IMG/VR virus record: IMGVR_UViG_3300048589_000316
Span: 1 to 50,765 of that record
Length of the DNA stretch: 50,765 nucleotides
From: a virus
Taxonomy: Duplodnaviria > Caudoviricetes
Reading direction: 5' to 3' (one strand)
The notes beneath the pieces are model-generated. The model did no database searches. It was not told the DNA's origin and saw only the letters and a list, made by a program, of their open reading frames with translations. This document shows, piece by piece, positions 8,635-17,006 of this stretch. How positions within the stretch are numbered: position 1 is the first letter of the stretch; the number at the start of each line of letters is the position of its first letter. The position numbers were made by a program, and so were the translations under genes.

Positions 8635-9360
8635 CTACGTTAGTACTCTTTTACAGGCAGTTTCGTAATATTCAGGGTCTTGCTCCATCATAACAAAGTT
8701 TCTACCAAGATTTTTTGCTCCTAATCCTGTAGTCCCGCTTCCGCAAGTATTATCAAGTATCAAATCTCCTTCATTGGTGTAGGTTTTAATCATATACTCA
8801 ATTAAAGCTAATGGTTTTTGCGTTGGGTGTAACTTCCCTTCTCGTTCAGCAGTAACAAAATACTGTACGCTTCTTGGATTTCTCAATCCTGTTTTATTCT
8901 CTATTAAATTACCATTACCTATCTTACCAACTGCTTCTATTTCAGTTCTTTTTTCCTTGCCTTTATTATATGGTTTACCCTTTGTTTTTTGTGAGTTGTA
9001 AGTTGGTTTCTTTTTGTAAAACACCATAATATCTTCGTGTGCTATTAAAGGCATTTGTTTAGCAAAAAGAAAGTTGGTAGCCTTAGACTTTTCCCATATC
9101 CAATCATATCTATACATTTTCACATTACTTGTTCGTAAAAAAGAACTGAAAGGCTCTCTTCCAAAAAGAACTATTGCACCATTATCTTTAATTACTCTCT
9201 CGTATTCACTCCACAACTCATCAAAAGGTATTATCGTATCCCATTTACATTTTGTAGTTCCGTATGGTAAATCGCAAAAAATCATATCAATACTTTTGTC
9301 ATCTACATATTTCGGCATCAATTCAAGGCAATCCCCTTTATATATTTCGTTTATTTTCAT
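8635..9360 (-). CDS. N4/N6 DNA methyltransferase, beta class (cassette 4)
   Basis: GDCLE, DLPY motif IV, HPTQKP, LDNTCGSGTT motif I. Confidence 0.92.
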   Translation of the reverse strand: MKINEIYKGDCLELMPKYVDDKSIDMIFCDLPYGTTKCKWDTIIPFDELWSEYERVIKDNGAIVLFGREPFSSFLRTSNVKMYRYDWIWEKSKATNFLFAKQMPLIAHEDIMVFYKKKPTYNSQKTKGKPYNKGKEKRTEIEAVGKIGNGNLIENKTGLRNPRSVQYFVTAEREGKLHPTQKPLALIEYMIKTYTNEGDLILDNTCGSGTTGLGAKNLGRNFVMMEQDPEYYETACKRVLT

Positions 9361-9388
9361 AATTCAGTTATTTAGATGTGTTGTCATT

Positions 9389-9488
9389 TGCTAACAAAGT
9401 GTATGGCAAATAGCTTCTGTAGATGGTCAATCCGCAATCGCTCCTATCGGGCTTTTTGCTACTAGACCACACATCAGAGCCGTTATGC
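9389..9488 (+). repeat. attC-like site 5 (degenerate)
   Basis: TGCTAAC-AAA-GTGTATGGCAAATAGC / GCTACTAGACCACAC..GTTATGC. Confidence 0.6.
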
Positions 9489-9881
9489 CTCACTTAAAAC
9501 AAAATTCGGCAGGTGTTCCTTCACTTGTTTACAAAGCGATTCTACGTCAATCATTTTCCTGCCAGAATAATCTTGTCTGCTACAAGCATCTTTCAGGATT
9601 GAACCGTTTAAAAAGCCTAATTGATGCGCCCTTAGCACGGCAAATGTTTTTGACATATCACGACCACAAATATCATTATGCAAAACATAAATATCAGTAC
9701 CATAAATACCCAAAGTGTCTAAAGAAAGAAGTTTCATCATTCCTCCCATAACTGAATCAGGGTCGATTTTACTAGATTCAGGTTGTAACATTTCCATAAT
9801 TACATTCATTGCGCCCGGATTCCCGTCGCTCATTTTAACAACTACATTAATTGTGCTGTCTGCTAAGTTAATTCTACTCAT
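9483..9881 (-). CDS. Conserved phage hypothetical protein (cassette 5)
   Basis: MSDGNPGA...LDTLGIYG motif; stop codon lies in the GTTA core of site 5. Confidence 0.7.
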   Translation of the reverse strand: MSRINLADSTINVVVKMSDGNPGAMNVIMEMLQPESSKIDPDSVMGGMMKLLSLDTLGIYGTDIYVLHNDICGRDMSKTFAVLRAHQLGFLNGSILKDACSRQDYSGRKMIDVESLCKQVKEHLPNFVLSEA

Positions 9882-9926
9882 AATTTATAGTTTAATTGAT
9901 TAATAATTCAGTGTATAAAAGCGAAG

Positions 9927-10023
9927 GAATAACAATATATAATCTCAATAAGCACCGTTGGCGGTTCGTACTATGGGCAAAGGTCAGGTAAGGTGCTTAC
10001 AGCGGTTATACCAAGCGTTATTT
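9927..10023 (+). repeat. attC-like site 6
   Basis: GAATAAC..TATAATCTCAATAAGCACC / GGTGCTTACAGCGGTTATA-CCAAGC-GTTATTT. Confidence 0.7.
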
Positions 10024-10599
10024 AAGTCCAAAATGTTCATCGACTATATTATCAAATAATGACTTTTGTTCTGGCACAGGAGTCAAGCATTTATATTCAT
10101 CAATAAAAAACTTATCCTTTGTCATTCCTGCCCTTTTTCCTTTTTTGGTGTGTACATCATATGTGTACTCTGGAAGTTCGATAAATTTGTCCTTATGCTT
10201 TTCTAAGGACTTTTCAATTTCTTCATCTGTAATACCGATCTTGTGATCGTAAACTAAACATTGAAGATGATCAGAATCCCTGCTCTTGATTGCTCTGCAA
10301 AGGATCAAAACTGCCTTGGAAAGAAATATCCTTCCTTTCAATTTGTTCTTTGCCTTTGGGTTGTTGACTTCCCGAAAACCTTCAAATAATGCATGGATTT
10401 CTGTAGATATAATTCCGTCACAATCTTCTGCAGCAATGGTGATCAATCGCTTCCAAACGTAATTGTGATAATTTGAAGCGTATAGTTCATGAGCAAAGTA
10501 CCCTGCTAATTTTTCGTCGCTTCTTCTAATTGATTTTTGTAGGGCACTTGCTACGTCTAATAAATCATACCCTCGAACTGTTCTTAAATTCCAACTCAT
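10018..10599 (-). CDS. Stand-alone MgsA/RarA C-terminal-like domain protein (no ATPase domain)
   Basis: SALQKSIRRSD...WKRLITIAAED...DVHT..G; no Walker A motif. Confidence 0.7.
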   Translation of the reverse strand: MSWNLRTVRGYDLLDVASALQKSIRRSDEKLAGYFAHELYASNYHNYVWKRLITIAAEDCDGIISTEIHALFEGFREVNNPKAKNKLKGRIFLSKAVLILCRAIKSRDSDHLQCLVYDHKIGITDEEIEKSLEKHKDKFIELPEYTYDVHTKKGKRAGMTKDKFFIDEYKCLTPVPEQKSLFDNIVDEHFGLK

Positions 10600-10658
10600 T
10601 TTTGTGATGTTTTTAAATGTTTAATGATACCGTAATATAGGCATAAATATTTATATAT
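10600..10658 (-). promoter_or_regulatory. Early-type promoter, operator and leader copy
   Basis: ATAAATATTTAT palindrome at 10643-10654; leader AAACATTTAAAAACATCAC before the ATG. Confidence 0.7.
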
Positions 10659-10668
10659 GTCCTACCGA

Positions 10669-11397
10669 TCAAAAATTTAACTTCTGTTTTCTTTCAACTT
10701 TCAATCTTAATAAACCAGTTTGTTTTTGAGATCCTATGTAGATGTATTTACCCCACTTTTCCCTAAGAAATTCGTTTTCCTGATCAACTAACTCTTTTGT
10801 TCTGAATATACTATTTCCACCTGCATTTTTATCTCTGATCGGACTGGCTGCATATCGGTTATCAATCCACACAATTCTATGCTTCAACAAAGATTGTAGA
10901 GAATAGTCGGCATCTACCTTCAATTTATTTATTTCTGTAAATCTTAGATCCCTTCCAATTATCCCGACTACTGTGCCGGCCCAGGCATTTAATGAAAATG
11001 GTTGGTGTGGAGAAAACTTTCTGACATCTGCTTTTTGATTAAAGGAAAACAATTTACAACCACTATCCAATGCACATTGATAAGCGTTAAAAAGGATCTG
11101 GTCAATGGTGTCAACATCTCGTATAACAAAGCTACTAGAGTTCATCAGATTATAGAACGATCCTATATCATCATCAAGCATTATTATACCTTCATCTTCA
11201 TAATTGTCCAATACCCAATTTCTGACTTCTCCTAACCCGTTGTAAGTGTCTGGAATGGTTTTGATGTTATCAGCGTTTTTAACGACCTTTTTGTACAGAT
11301 CATATTCTGATTCAGGAACTACAAGATCAAACCCTGAAACCAACTTGTGGGTTATTATGGTGCTTGATCTACTTCGACTTAGTATTACCTTTTTCAT
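10669..11397 (-). CDS. GREB1/TAGT-like GT-A glycosyltransferase
   Basis: SRSR, VVPESEY, RNWVLD, MLDDD, KVDADY and NAGGN motifs. Confidence 0.7.
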   Translation of the reverse strand: MKKVILSRSRSSTIITHKLVSGFDLVVPESEYDLYKKVVKNADNIKTIPDTYNGLGEVRNWVLDNYEDEGIIMLDDDIGSFYNLMNSSSFVIRDVDTIDQILFNAYQCALDSGCKLFSFNQKADVRKFSPHQPFSLNAWAGTVVGIIGRDLRFTEINKLKVDADYSLQSLLKHRIVWIDNRYAASPIRDKNAGGNSIFRTKELVDQENEFLREKWGKYIYIGSQKQTGLLRLKVERKQKLNF

Positions 11398-12034
11398 ATT
11401 TTTTGATTATTTCATTTTTGGCTTCTAACTCCTTCAATAACTCTAGGATCTTATTTCCTTGAATTACTCTACCTAATCCTATTTTTTTGTTTTTAGGAGA
11501 ATAAGACGAATCTACTTTCTTCAATCCTAACTTATTGGAAATATAAAGCCAATCATGATCGTTATCAAAAAGGAAAACTATGTAGTCATAATGCTCATTG
11601 AACCGAAGTTCCATTTGCGGAATTACCTCTTTGTTTTCGTCAATCTCTTTTTCTTTTGCCCCTTTGCCAATGTCGGTCATATCAACCCCAAAATCCACCA
11701 ACTGATCAAAAGTATAATCCTGCATCATGACTTCATCATCGAAGTAACCAAAACTAACATTGTCTTTAACTACAAACTCTTTCTTCTGATCTTCTGTTAA
11801 CTCACTTTCCTTCATTATATGAACATGAGTCCAACCTAATTTCTTTGCCGCCTTTAACCTTTGGTTTCCACCAATAGCAACCATATTTTCATCAACTATG
11901 ATCGGCCTTAGCTTTTGCATTATAGGAAAGTTTTTCATCGACCTCATTAGATCGCTCAACTTCTTCTGGGTAATTTTACGTGGGTTTGATTCGTTTGGAA
12001 TAACGGAATCGATTTCTACATATTCAACCTGCAT
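11369..12034 (-). CDS. ParB/Srx N-terminal domain protein
   Basis: PNESNPR, RPIIVD, GGNQRLKA, KDN motifs. Confidence 0.85.
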   Translation of the reverse strand: MQVEYVEIDSVIPNESNPRKITQKKLSDLMRSMKNFPIMQKLRPIIVDENMVAIGGNQRLKAAKKLGWTHVHIMKESELTEDQKKEFVVKDNVSFGYFDDEVMMQDYTFDQLVDFGVDMTDIGKGAKEKEIDENKEVIPQMELRFNEHYDYIVFLFDNDHDWLYISNKLGLKKVDSSYSPKNKKIGLGRVIQGNKILELLKELEAKNEIIKKYEKGNTKSK

Positions 12035-12044
12035 ATAGAATGTT

Positions 12045-12137
12045 TTAGATAAATTGGATAAAAGCCTTAGCTGTTACAAAAATATAGATAATGATCAAGA
12101 CAAAATAATAACACGATTTTAAATGTTCTTTTTTCAT
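12045..12137 (-). CDS. Small membrane peptide (30 aa)
   Basis: MKKEHLKSCYYFVLIIIYIFVTAKAFIQFI; ACATCAC leader upstream. Confidence 0.45.
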   Translation of the reverse strand: MKKEHLKSCYYFVLIIIYIFVTAKAFIQFI

Positions 12138-12150
12138 AATGTGATGTATT

Positions 12151-12184
12151 AAAAAAGCCCCAAGGTTGTACATCTGGGGCTTTA
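12151..12184. terminator. Intrinsic terminator
   Basis: AAAGCCCCA/TGGGGCTTT stem flanked by A/T runs. Confidence 0.75.
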
Positions 12185-12200
12185 TGTGATTCAAGGTATT

Positions 12201-12533
12201 TTACTCTATTTTGTCAATGACAATTTTGATTTCAGGACTGGCAGGTGGGTCTCTGCGTATCTTACCACCACACCAAAATCTATCATCAAATTTGCATGGC
12301 TCCATTTTAGGATCAGGGTTTTTCAAACTTACTTCCATCTTCATAAGTGCTGATCGCTCTTTATGGTCTTTCGACACATTTTCCGGCAATTTAAAAACAC
12401 AATCCACTACTTCATTAACGTCCTGATAATCTACAATCAATTCAGTTTGATCACTCTGTTTAGGCTCTGTGTTAACTGCACTTACATTCAAGGCAAATAG
12501 GCCAAGCATTAAAATTAAAATTACTTTTTTCAT
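12201..12533 (-). CDS. Exported hypothetical protein
   Basis: Signal peptide MKKVILILMLGLFALNVSA. Confidence 0.65.
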   Translation of the reverse strand: MKKVILILMLGLFALNVSAVNTEPKQSDQTELIVDYQDVNEVVDCVFKLPENVSKDHKERSALMKMEVSLKNPDPKMEPCKFDDRFWCGGKIRRDPPASPEIKIVIDKIE

Positions 12534-12651
12534 AATATAAAGTATTTATTGCCACTAAAGTATATGGTAATGGCTTCCATCAATAAAGCTACTAAATTAA
12601 GTATTTTTCTTATATCTCTTATTTTACAGTTTCCTTTAAATTGTTATAACG

Positions 12652-12828
12652 TTACCACGTATCAGGAATTCCACCATGATAGCAAGTGCAATCTTGACTA
12701 TGTTCATCATTCTCACCTCCGCAAATGTTGCAAAACAACGGTTCTTTTTCCTTTATAGTATTCCAACCATTTGGATAATGCCCATAAGCATTATAATATC
12801 TTTCTGCTAATTCAGTTAAATCTGCCAT
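12652..12828 (-). CDS. Small Cys/His-rich protein (58 aa)
   Basis: Manual translation MADLTELAERYY...CNICGG..HSQDCTCYH. Confidence 0.5.
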   Translation of the reverse strand: MADLTELAERYYNAYGHYPNGWNTIKEKEPLFCNICGGENDEHSQDCTCYHGGIPDTW

Positions 12829-12852
12829 ATTACTTGTTCTTTAATAGTCAAT

Positions 12853-13017
12853 GTTTCCATAGCTTAGTTAATATATTTCGTCAATATCTCTTTTTATATC
12901 CTCTATGCTTTTTGCAAATATCATATTAGCATCACAATCCGTTAAACTTGTGGCTTCATAATATCCATAATCACCCTTTTCTATTTTGTAATTTTTATAG
13001 GTTTCCATAGCTTAGTT
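12853..13017. repeat. 17-bp direct repeat GTTTCCATAGCTTAGTT (12853-12869 and 13001-13017)
   Basis: Exact repeat that includes the start codons and brackets a 46-aa ORF. Confidence 0.8.
12868..13008 (-). CDS. Small hypothetical protein (46 aa)
   Basis: METYKNYKIEKGDYGYYEATSLTDCD... Confidence 0.55.
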   Translation of the reverse strand: METYKNYKIEKGDYGYYEATSLTDCDANMIFAKSIEDIKRDIDEIY

Positions 13018-13218
13018 GGATTTAAAATCGTCGTGTAATTCAAGCATTTCAATAAGTCTATTTCTTTCTGTTTCGGTTTGTGATTCAGCACTCATAATAA
13101 CCTCGTTAGCGTTCAGTGTTACTTCATCCTGACTACCACATTCAGGACAATGTGAGTCCATATAATCCCATATATGCAAGCAATCTAAACATTGGTAATA
13201 ATCTCCTGTAAATTCCAT
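13012..13218 (-). CDS. Zn-ribbon protein
   Basis: CLDC...CPECGS. Confidence 0.65.
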   Translation of the reverse strand: MEFTGDYYQCLDCLHIWDYMDSHCPECGSQDEVTLNANEVIMSAESQTETERNRLIEMLELHDDFKSN

Positions 13219-13245
13219 CCTATTTTAATTTATGCCTATTGGCGG

Positions 13246-13587
13246 TTAATTTTTATTTCTCATTGGATACTCATTTTCATCAAGGCCACCGATACCAAGT
13301 TTTCTGTTAATACCCTCGAATACCATATCGCAATCAATTGGATCAGTATCGAATAACCAATCACTACCTGGCGATCTGGATATTTTTACTACTCTATAGT
13401 ATGCATATCTTCCATCTTTCAGCTTTTCCATTGGAACAATTAATCCTACTTTACATTTTAGGTATCTTATACCACTCCATGTGAGCACTGGGAAAATATA
13501 CTCTGTCATATGAAGTGTTCTATTCCACCACACTTTTTTCATTTTCTTTGGAAGATCGTACTTCCATCTTAAATACATATTTTTCAT
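13246..13587 (-). CDS. Hypothetical protein
   Basis: 113-aa ORF with AAACATTTATATT leader. Confidence 0.6.
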   Translation of the reverse strand: MKNMYLRWKYDLPKKMKKVWWNRTLHMTEYIFPVLTWSGIRYLKCKVGLIVPMEKLKDGRYAYYRVVKISRSPGSDWLFDTDPIDCDMVFEGINRKLGIGGLDENEYPMRNKN

Positions 13588-13598
13588 AATATAAATGT

Positions 13599-14051
13599 TT
13601 AAAAAAATCTAATTTTTGACTTATCCTTATTCGGAATAAAACGCATCTGAAAACCAAATGATATGTTTCCAATGTCCTTTCCAAGAACTTGCTGATAATC
13701 GATCATAAGCCTTAGAATAATGTTTACTTCATAGAAAAATGTAGTTCCTACAAACGCATTAAGGTTGCTTTCTGGTGTCGAATGTTGACCGCCAATATTT
13801 AATGACATGGTATTAAATAACTCATATCTCAATGAAAGATCATAATTTTCAAAATCCTTTACTCCTTCCACTTTCCTGAAATCAAACTGAACACCTAGAT
13901 CATCTACTATCTTTGTTTTGGCACCTGCACCAATTGACATTCCTTTGGTTGTGGAGTAACCACCTAGTATATTTATAAATGTCTGCGAAATACCAAATAA
14001 GGGAACTAATAAAAAAATTAGTATCAATATATTCTTTCTTATAGTTTTCAT
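13599..14051 (-). CDS. Small outer-membrane beta-barrel protein
   Basis: Signal peptide ending before Gln; about 8 amphipathic beta strands; C-terminal Phe. Confidence 0.6.
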   Translation of the reverse strand: MKTIRKNILILIFLLVPLFGISQTFINILGGYSTTKGMSIGAGAKTKIVDDLGVQFDFRKVEGVKDFENYDLSLRYELFNTMSLNIGGQHSTPESNLNAFVGTTFFYEVNIILRLMIDYQQVLGKDIGNISFGFQMRFIPNKDKSKIRFF

Positions 14052-14072
14052 CTTATTTAGCTTTAAAATACG

Positions 14073-14543
14073 TTAGTTTTTTATTATTAACTCAACTCTT
14101 AATTTAATTGCATGGTTAACCTTTTCTACAATAGTTTTGGTGCCCATATTTTCATTACATTTTTCATGTGCTAAAACTTTATTGGAAAGTTTCTCACTAC
14201 CACCTGCTGTTAATGGGTCAAGATGTTCAACGGTAATATCATCATCCATTAATTGACCACAATAGAAACAAGCCCATCCGTCACGTTTGATCAGGTTTCT
14301 TCGATCCTTTGCATAACTGCTTTTTCTCTTAGTTCTGACCGGCCTACCATCCCATGGTATATTTCTCCAAAAACAATTGATCGCTCTTTCAGTGTACTTG
14401 TTTCCACATTTTCCTGATTTATAAAGCACTCCAACCTCTAAACCTTTAAACCTAAGTTCTTCATGCTCATTGGTAACTGGAAGTATTTCTGCACCTCGAT
14501 CTGATAGCCACTTTTCTAAAACATCTGTTTTCGGAATCTTCAT
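14073..14543 (-). CDS. HNH endonuclease
   Basis: CFYCG..TVEHLDP...GG...N..LAHEKCN. Confidence 0.85.
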   Translation of the reverse strand: MKIPKTDVLEKWLSDRGAEILPVTNEHEELRFKGLEVGVLYKSGKCGNKYTERAINCFWRNIPWDGRPVRTKRKSSYAKDRRNLIKRDGWACFYCGQLMDDDITVEHLDPLTAGGSEKLSNKVLAHEKCNENMGTKTIVEKVNHAIKLRVELIIKN

Positions 14544-14550
14544 AGTTCAA

Positions 14551-14760
14551 TTAATTTACTTCAATTAAACCACGTGGAAACCAAAACATTTCTGGTTCAT
14601 CTTCATAGCAATTATGCCATTTGTCCAAAAAATAACCAAAGGCTTTTTCACGACCATCTGAATAACTACTACATTCTATAACGGCAACACAATTTTTATC
14701 AAACGTCTTACCATTAACACTGTGCACATGGATCTGACCAAATGTTATATAAACTTTCAT
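14551..14760 (-). CDS. Hypothetical protein
   Basis: 69-aa ORF, YITFGQ.H motif. Confidence 0.6.
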   Translation of the reverse strand: MKVYITFGQIHVHSVNGKTFDKNCVAVIECSSYSDGREKAFGYFLDKWHNCYEDEPEMFWFPRGLIEVN

Positions 14761-14912
14761 AAGTTCTGATCATATTTGTACATACTCTCAATACCTCTGG
14801 AAATTGCAAAGGAACTAGAGCACACATTACTACTAATACCATGCTTCATCATCCATCGAGTGAAGTTTGGTTTTCTCTTTGGCCTTACGCCTTTGTTTAC
14901 AAGTAAATTCAT
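14757..14912 (-). CDS. Small hypothetical protein (51 aa)
   Basis: Manual ORF, ATGA-coupled to the next gene. Confidence 0.45.
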   Translation of the reverse strand: MNLLVNKGVRPKRKPNFTRWMMKHGISSNVCSSSFAISRGIESMYKYDQNL

Positions 14913-14917
14913 AACGA

Positions 14918-15031
14918 TTATTTTAGTTCTGGATAAAATACATATGCCATTAACGCCAATGATACGGCTAAGACAAAAAAGAAGATCGAAATCAAAATCA
15001 AATACTCCGCTAACCTTTCATTGTTTTTCAT
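14918..15031 (-). CDS. Small membrane peptide (37 aa)
   Basis: MKNNERLAEYLILISIFFFVLAVSLALMAYVFYPELK; ATGA-coupled. Confidence 0.5.
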   Translation of the reverse strand: MKNNERLAEYLILISIFFFVLAVSLALMAYVFYPELK

Positions 15032-15375
15032 GGCTCATAAAGTATTACGTCAAAACAACTATCTTCTAAAAAGCGTTCACACTCTAACCAAGATATCAAA
15101 TACTTTTTAACGGTCTCTACTCCATCATCTGGAAGATCCTTTTTTGAATGCCAATAATTAAATCCATCTGAATTACATTCTACTGCATCTGGTGGAAGAT
15201 CTTTGACTTTTATAATGGAGTGGAAGGAAAACACGCTAAAAGGCATCAGAACCTTTTTCTGTGCGTTATACTCTACTTTGCAAAAGAAGTTACATTTCTT
15301 TCCGTCTGAAATCTGAACTAGATCACCTAGATTCAATTCCACATTGTTCCTGTCTTTGATTTTTACTAAAAACAT
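15028..15375 (-). CDS. Hypothetical protein (YopX-like N-terminus)
   Basis: KDRNNVELNLGDLV. Confidence 0.5.
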   Translation of the reverse strand: MFLVKIKDRNNVELNLGDLVQISDGKKCNFFCKVEYNAQKKVLMPFSVFSFHSIIKVKDLPPDAVECNSDGFNYWHSKKDLPDDGVETVKKYLISWLECERFLEDSCFDVILYEP

Positions 15376-15385
15376 TTCCCTAGAT

Positions 15386-15610
15386 TTAGATACCTCTTAT
15401 TTTTTTCTCAATTTCCCATGCTCTGGGAACTACTAATGCTAATGCATTTTTTCTTTCAAGTTTCTTCTGATAATCGTGCATATTGCAAGACTTCAAAAGG
15501 TCACATTGTTGACAGGATATTAACTTTCTTTTTTTCCTGCAGTTGCTATTCTGTTTAACCGTTGCTTCAACCGTTTTAATAGCTGTGATCAATCTCTGCT
15601 CCTTTGACAT
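15386..15610 (-). CDS. Hypothetical Cys-rich protein
   Basis: C...CQQC....C pattern. Confidence 0.55.
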   Translation of the reverse strand: MSKEQRLITAIKTVEATVKQNSNCRKKRKLISCQQCDLLKSCNMHDYQKKLERKNALALVVPRAWEIEKKIRGI

Positions 15611-15612
15611 GG

Positions 15613-15837
15613 CTAAAGTTTCTCGAATCCAGAAGTTAGGTTAAAACTCTTAGTTCCAAAAGGAATACTCATTTGCATATCTTCCCTTACTTGGATCTTG
15701 CTTGGCTCACACTCATAAAGAGTGATCGCAACTTTGTCACTTTTTAGCCATTTCACATTTTTTAATGCGCTTGGCAGATCTGTACCGATTCCTACTTTCT
15801 TAGTTTTCTCGGTAATTGCTACTACTGTAAATCTCAT
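15613..15837 (-). CDS. Hypothetical protein
   Basis: 74-aa ORF within the operon. Confidence 0.55.
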   Translation of the reverse strand: MRFTVVAITEKTKKVGIGTDLPSALKNVKWLKSDKVAITLYECEPSKIQVREDMQMSIPFGTKSFNLTSGFEKL

Positions 15838-15847
15838 TTTTGTGTGT

Positions 15848-16054
15848 TTATTTATTAGTAATTGATTTTAAGCTAAAAGCCTTAATAAAATGGTTATTCA
15901 TACCATTGATCATTTTTTCACCAAAAGTTGGATTTTTAATTTTCATGAATTTCTTACGCTCCCTTTTCAGATATTTCAAGGCAGTTCTTTTGTGCTTTTT
16001 AGAATAGTTTTCAGGCTTCCTACTGTGAAGTGAATTGAATTTTTCAAGTGCCAT
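15848..16054 (-). CDS. Hypothetical basic protein
   Basis: First gene after a repeated early promoter. Confidence 0.55.
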   Translation of the reverse strand: MALEKFNSLHSRKPENYSKKHKRTALKYLKRERKKFMKIKNPTFGEKMINGMNNHFIKAFSLKSITNK

Positions 16055-16108
16055 GATGTGATGTTTTATAAATGTTATACTGTAAATATAGTATAAATAT
16101 TTATATCA
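16055..16108 (-). promoter_or_regulatory. Early-type promoter, operator and leader copy
   Basis: TATAAATATTTATA at 16092-16105, TATATTTA -7-like box, ACATCACATC leader. Confidence 0.75.
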
Positions 16109-16122
16109 TCGACAAGACAACT

Positions 16123-16674
16123 TTATTTTTTTTCCTTCTGGTCATATCTTACATTTCCCCAATGAACCAAATCATATTCATTAGATTCAGGAAAACAATT
16201 AACAAACACCAATGCATTATCATATCCTTCATTTGTCAATAGATCTCTAAGGCTCTTGTCAACACTTACCAGAACACCGCCAAGGCTTCTGATCTCACCA
16301 AACCTTTTGCCATTGATAAATACATCAACTCTTTTTGCCGTATTTCCAAAATCATTGTGTACAATCTTTATTTCTTCCACATCTGTACATTTCATTATTG
16401 GAGCAAATTTTCTTTCGGTTTTCCTGTCGCCTTTGCTATTCATGTGTAGAATAGTTCCTTTTTTGATCTTGCTTCCTTTTGGAATAATAGCATGAACTTT
16501 TGGTTTAACTGCACCTACCATGGATTCAATCAAACTTGGATTGGTTGCAAGGTTTACCGGCATCTTTCCAGAATGGTTGTAAATTGTAGACAATATTTTT
16601 TCTTGGAAATACGTCTTTTTCTGAATGTAATGGATCTCTTTAGGGAACTCTACCCCGAATGTTAATACTGCCAT
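16123..16674 (-). CDS. ASCH/PUA-like protein
   Basis: K.H.I, GTILHM, C..VEEIKI and L..NEGY pattern. Confidence 0.5.
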   Translation of the reverse strand: MAVLTFGVEFPKEIHYIQKKTYFQEKILSTIYNHSGKMPVNLATNPSLIESMVGAVKPKVHAIIPKGSKIKKGTILHMNSKGDRKTERKFAPIMKCTDVEEIKIVHNDFGNTAKRVDVFINGKRFGEIRSLGGVLVSVDKSLRDLLTNEGYDNALVFVNCFPESNEYDLVHWGNVRYDQKEKK

Positions 16675-16684
16675 GATCTTTAGT

Positions 16685-17005
16685 TTAAGTGAACAATCTA
16701 TTAATTTTAATTTCGTAACATTTTGATGCGTAATCGTAGACCTTAATTTTGTTGATCTTTTGAGACATCATAAACCTTATTCCGTCCTCTAAGTTATCAA
16801 AATAAATTTTATCTTCTCTAAACTGATATTCTGAGACATCATCCCAACAACTTCTGATAAGGCTGTTTTTTCCTTCTAAAGTCCAATAAGAATCACCTTC
16901 ATTATACGGATAAAGTGGTTCATCCAATGAAAGCATTACGTGATTTATATCGCACTGATTTACCTCAATTTTTTCAATTCCGTGCAATGGATCTTCTTTT
17001 GCCAT
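16685..17005 (-). CDS. Hypothetical protein
   Basis: 106-aa ORF. Confidence 0.55.
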   Translation of the reverse strand: MAKEDPLHGIEKIEVNQCDINHVMLSLDEPLYPYNEGDSYWTLEGKNSLIRSCWDDVSEYQFREDKIYFDNLEDGIRFMMSQKINKIKVYDYASKCYEIKINRLFT

Positions 17006-17006
17006 A

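Larger units (their letters stand above)
6531..10023 (+). mobile_element. Integron-like gene cassette array without integrase (6 attC-like sites, 5 cassettes)
   Basis: Repeated ...AAC-arm-loop-arm-GTT... hairpins; the core at each cassette start is complementary to the inverse core of its own downstream site. Confidence 0.75.

Noticed and set aside
8635-9360. Restriction-modification system
   Set aside because: No adjacent restriction endonuclease; it is an orphan methyltransferase in its own cassette
6531-10023. Hairpins as simple terminators or a CRISPR array
   Set aside because: No GC stem with poly-T, no identical repeats with constant spacers, and they share AAC/GTT cores complementary across cassettes
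11369-12034. ParB as a plasmid-prophage partition system
   Set aside because: No ParA, no evident HTH domain, and it overlaps a glycosyltransferase gene
12640-12660. GTTATAACGTTAC as a further attC site
   Set aside because: Short palindrome only, with no paired arms
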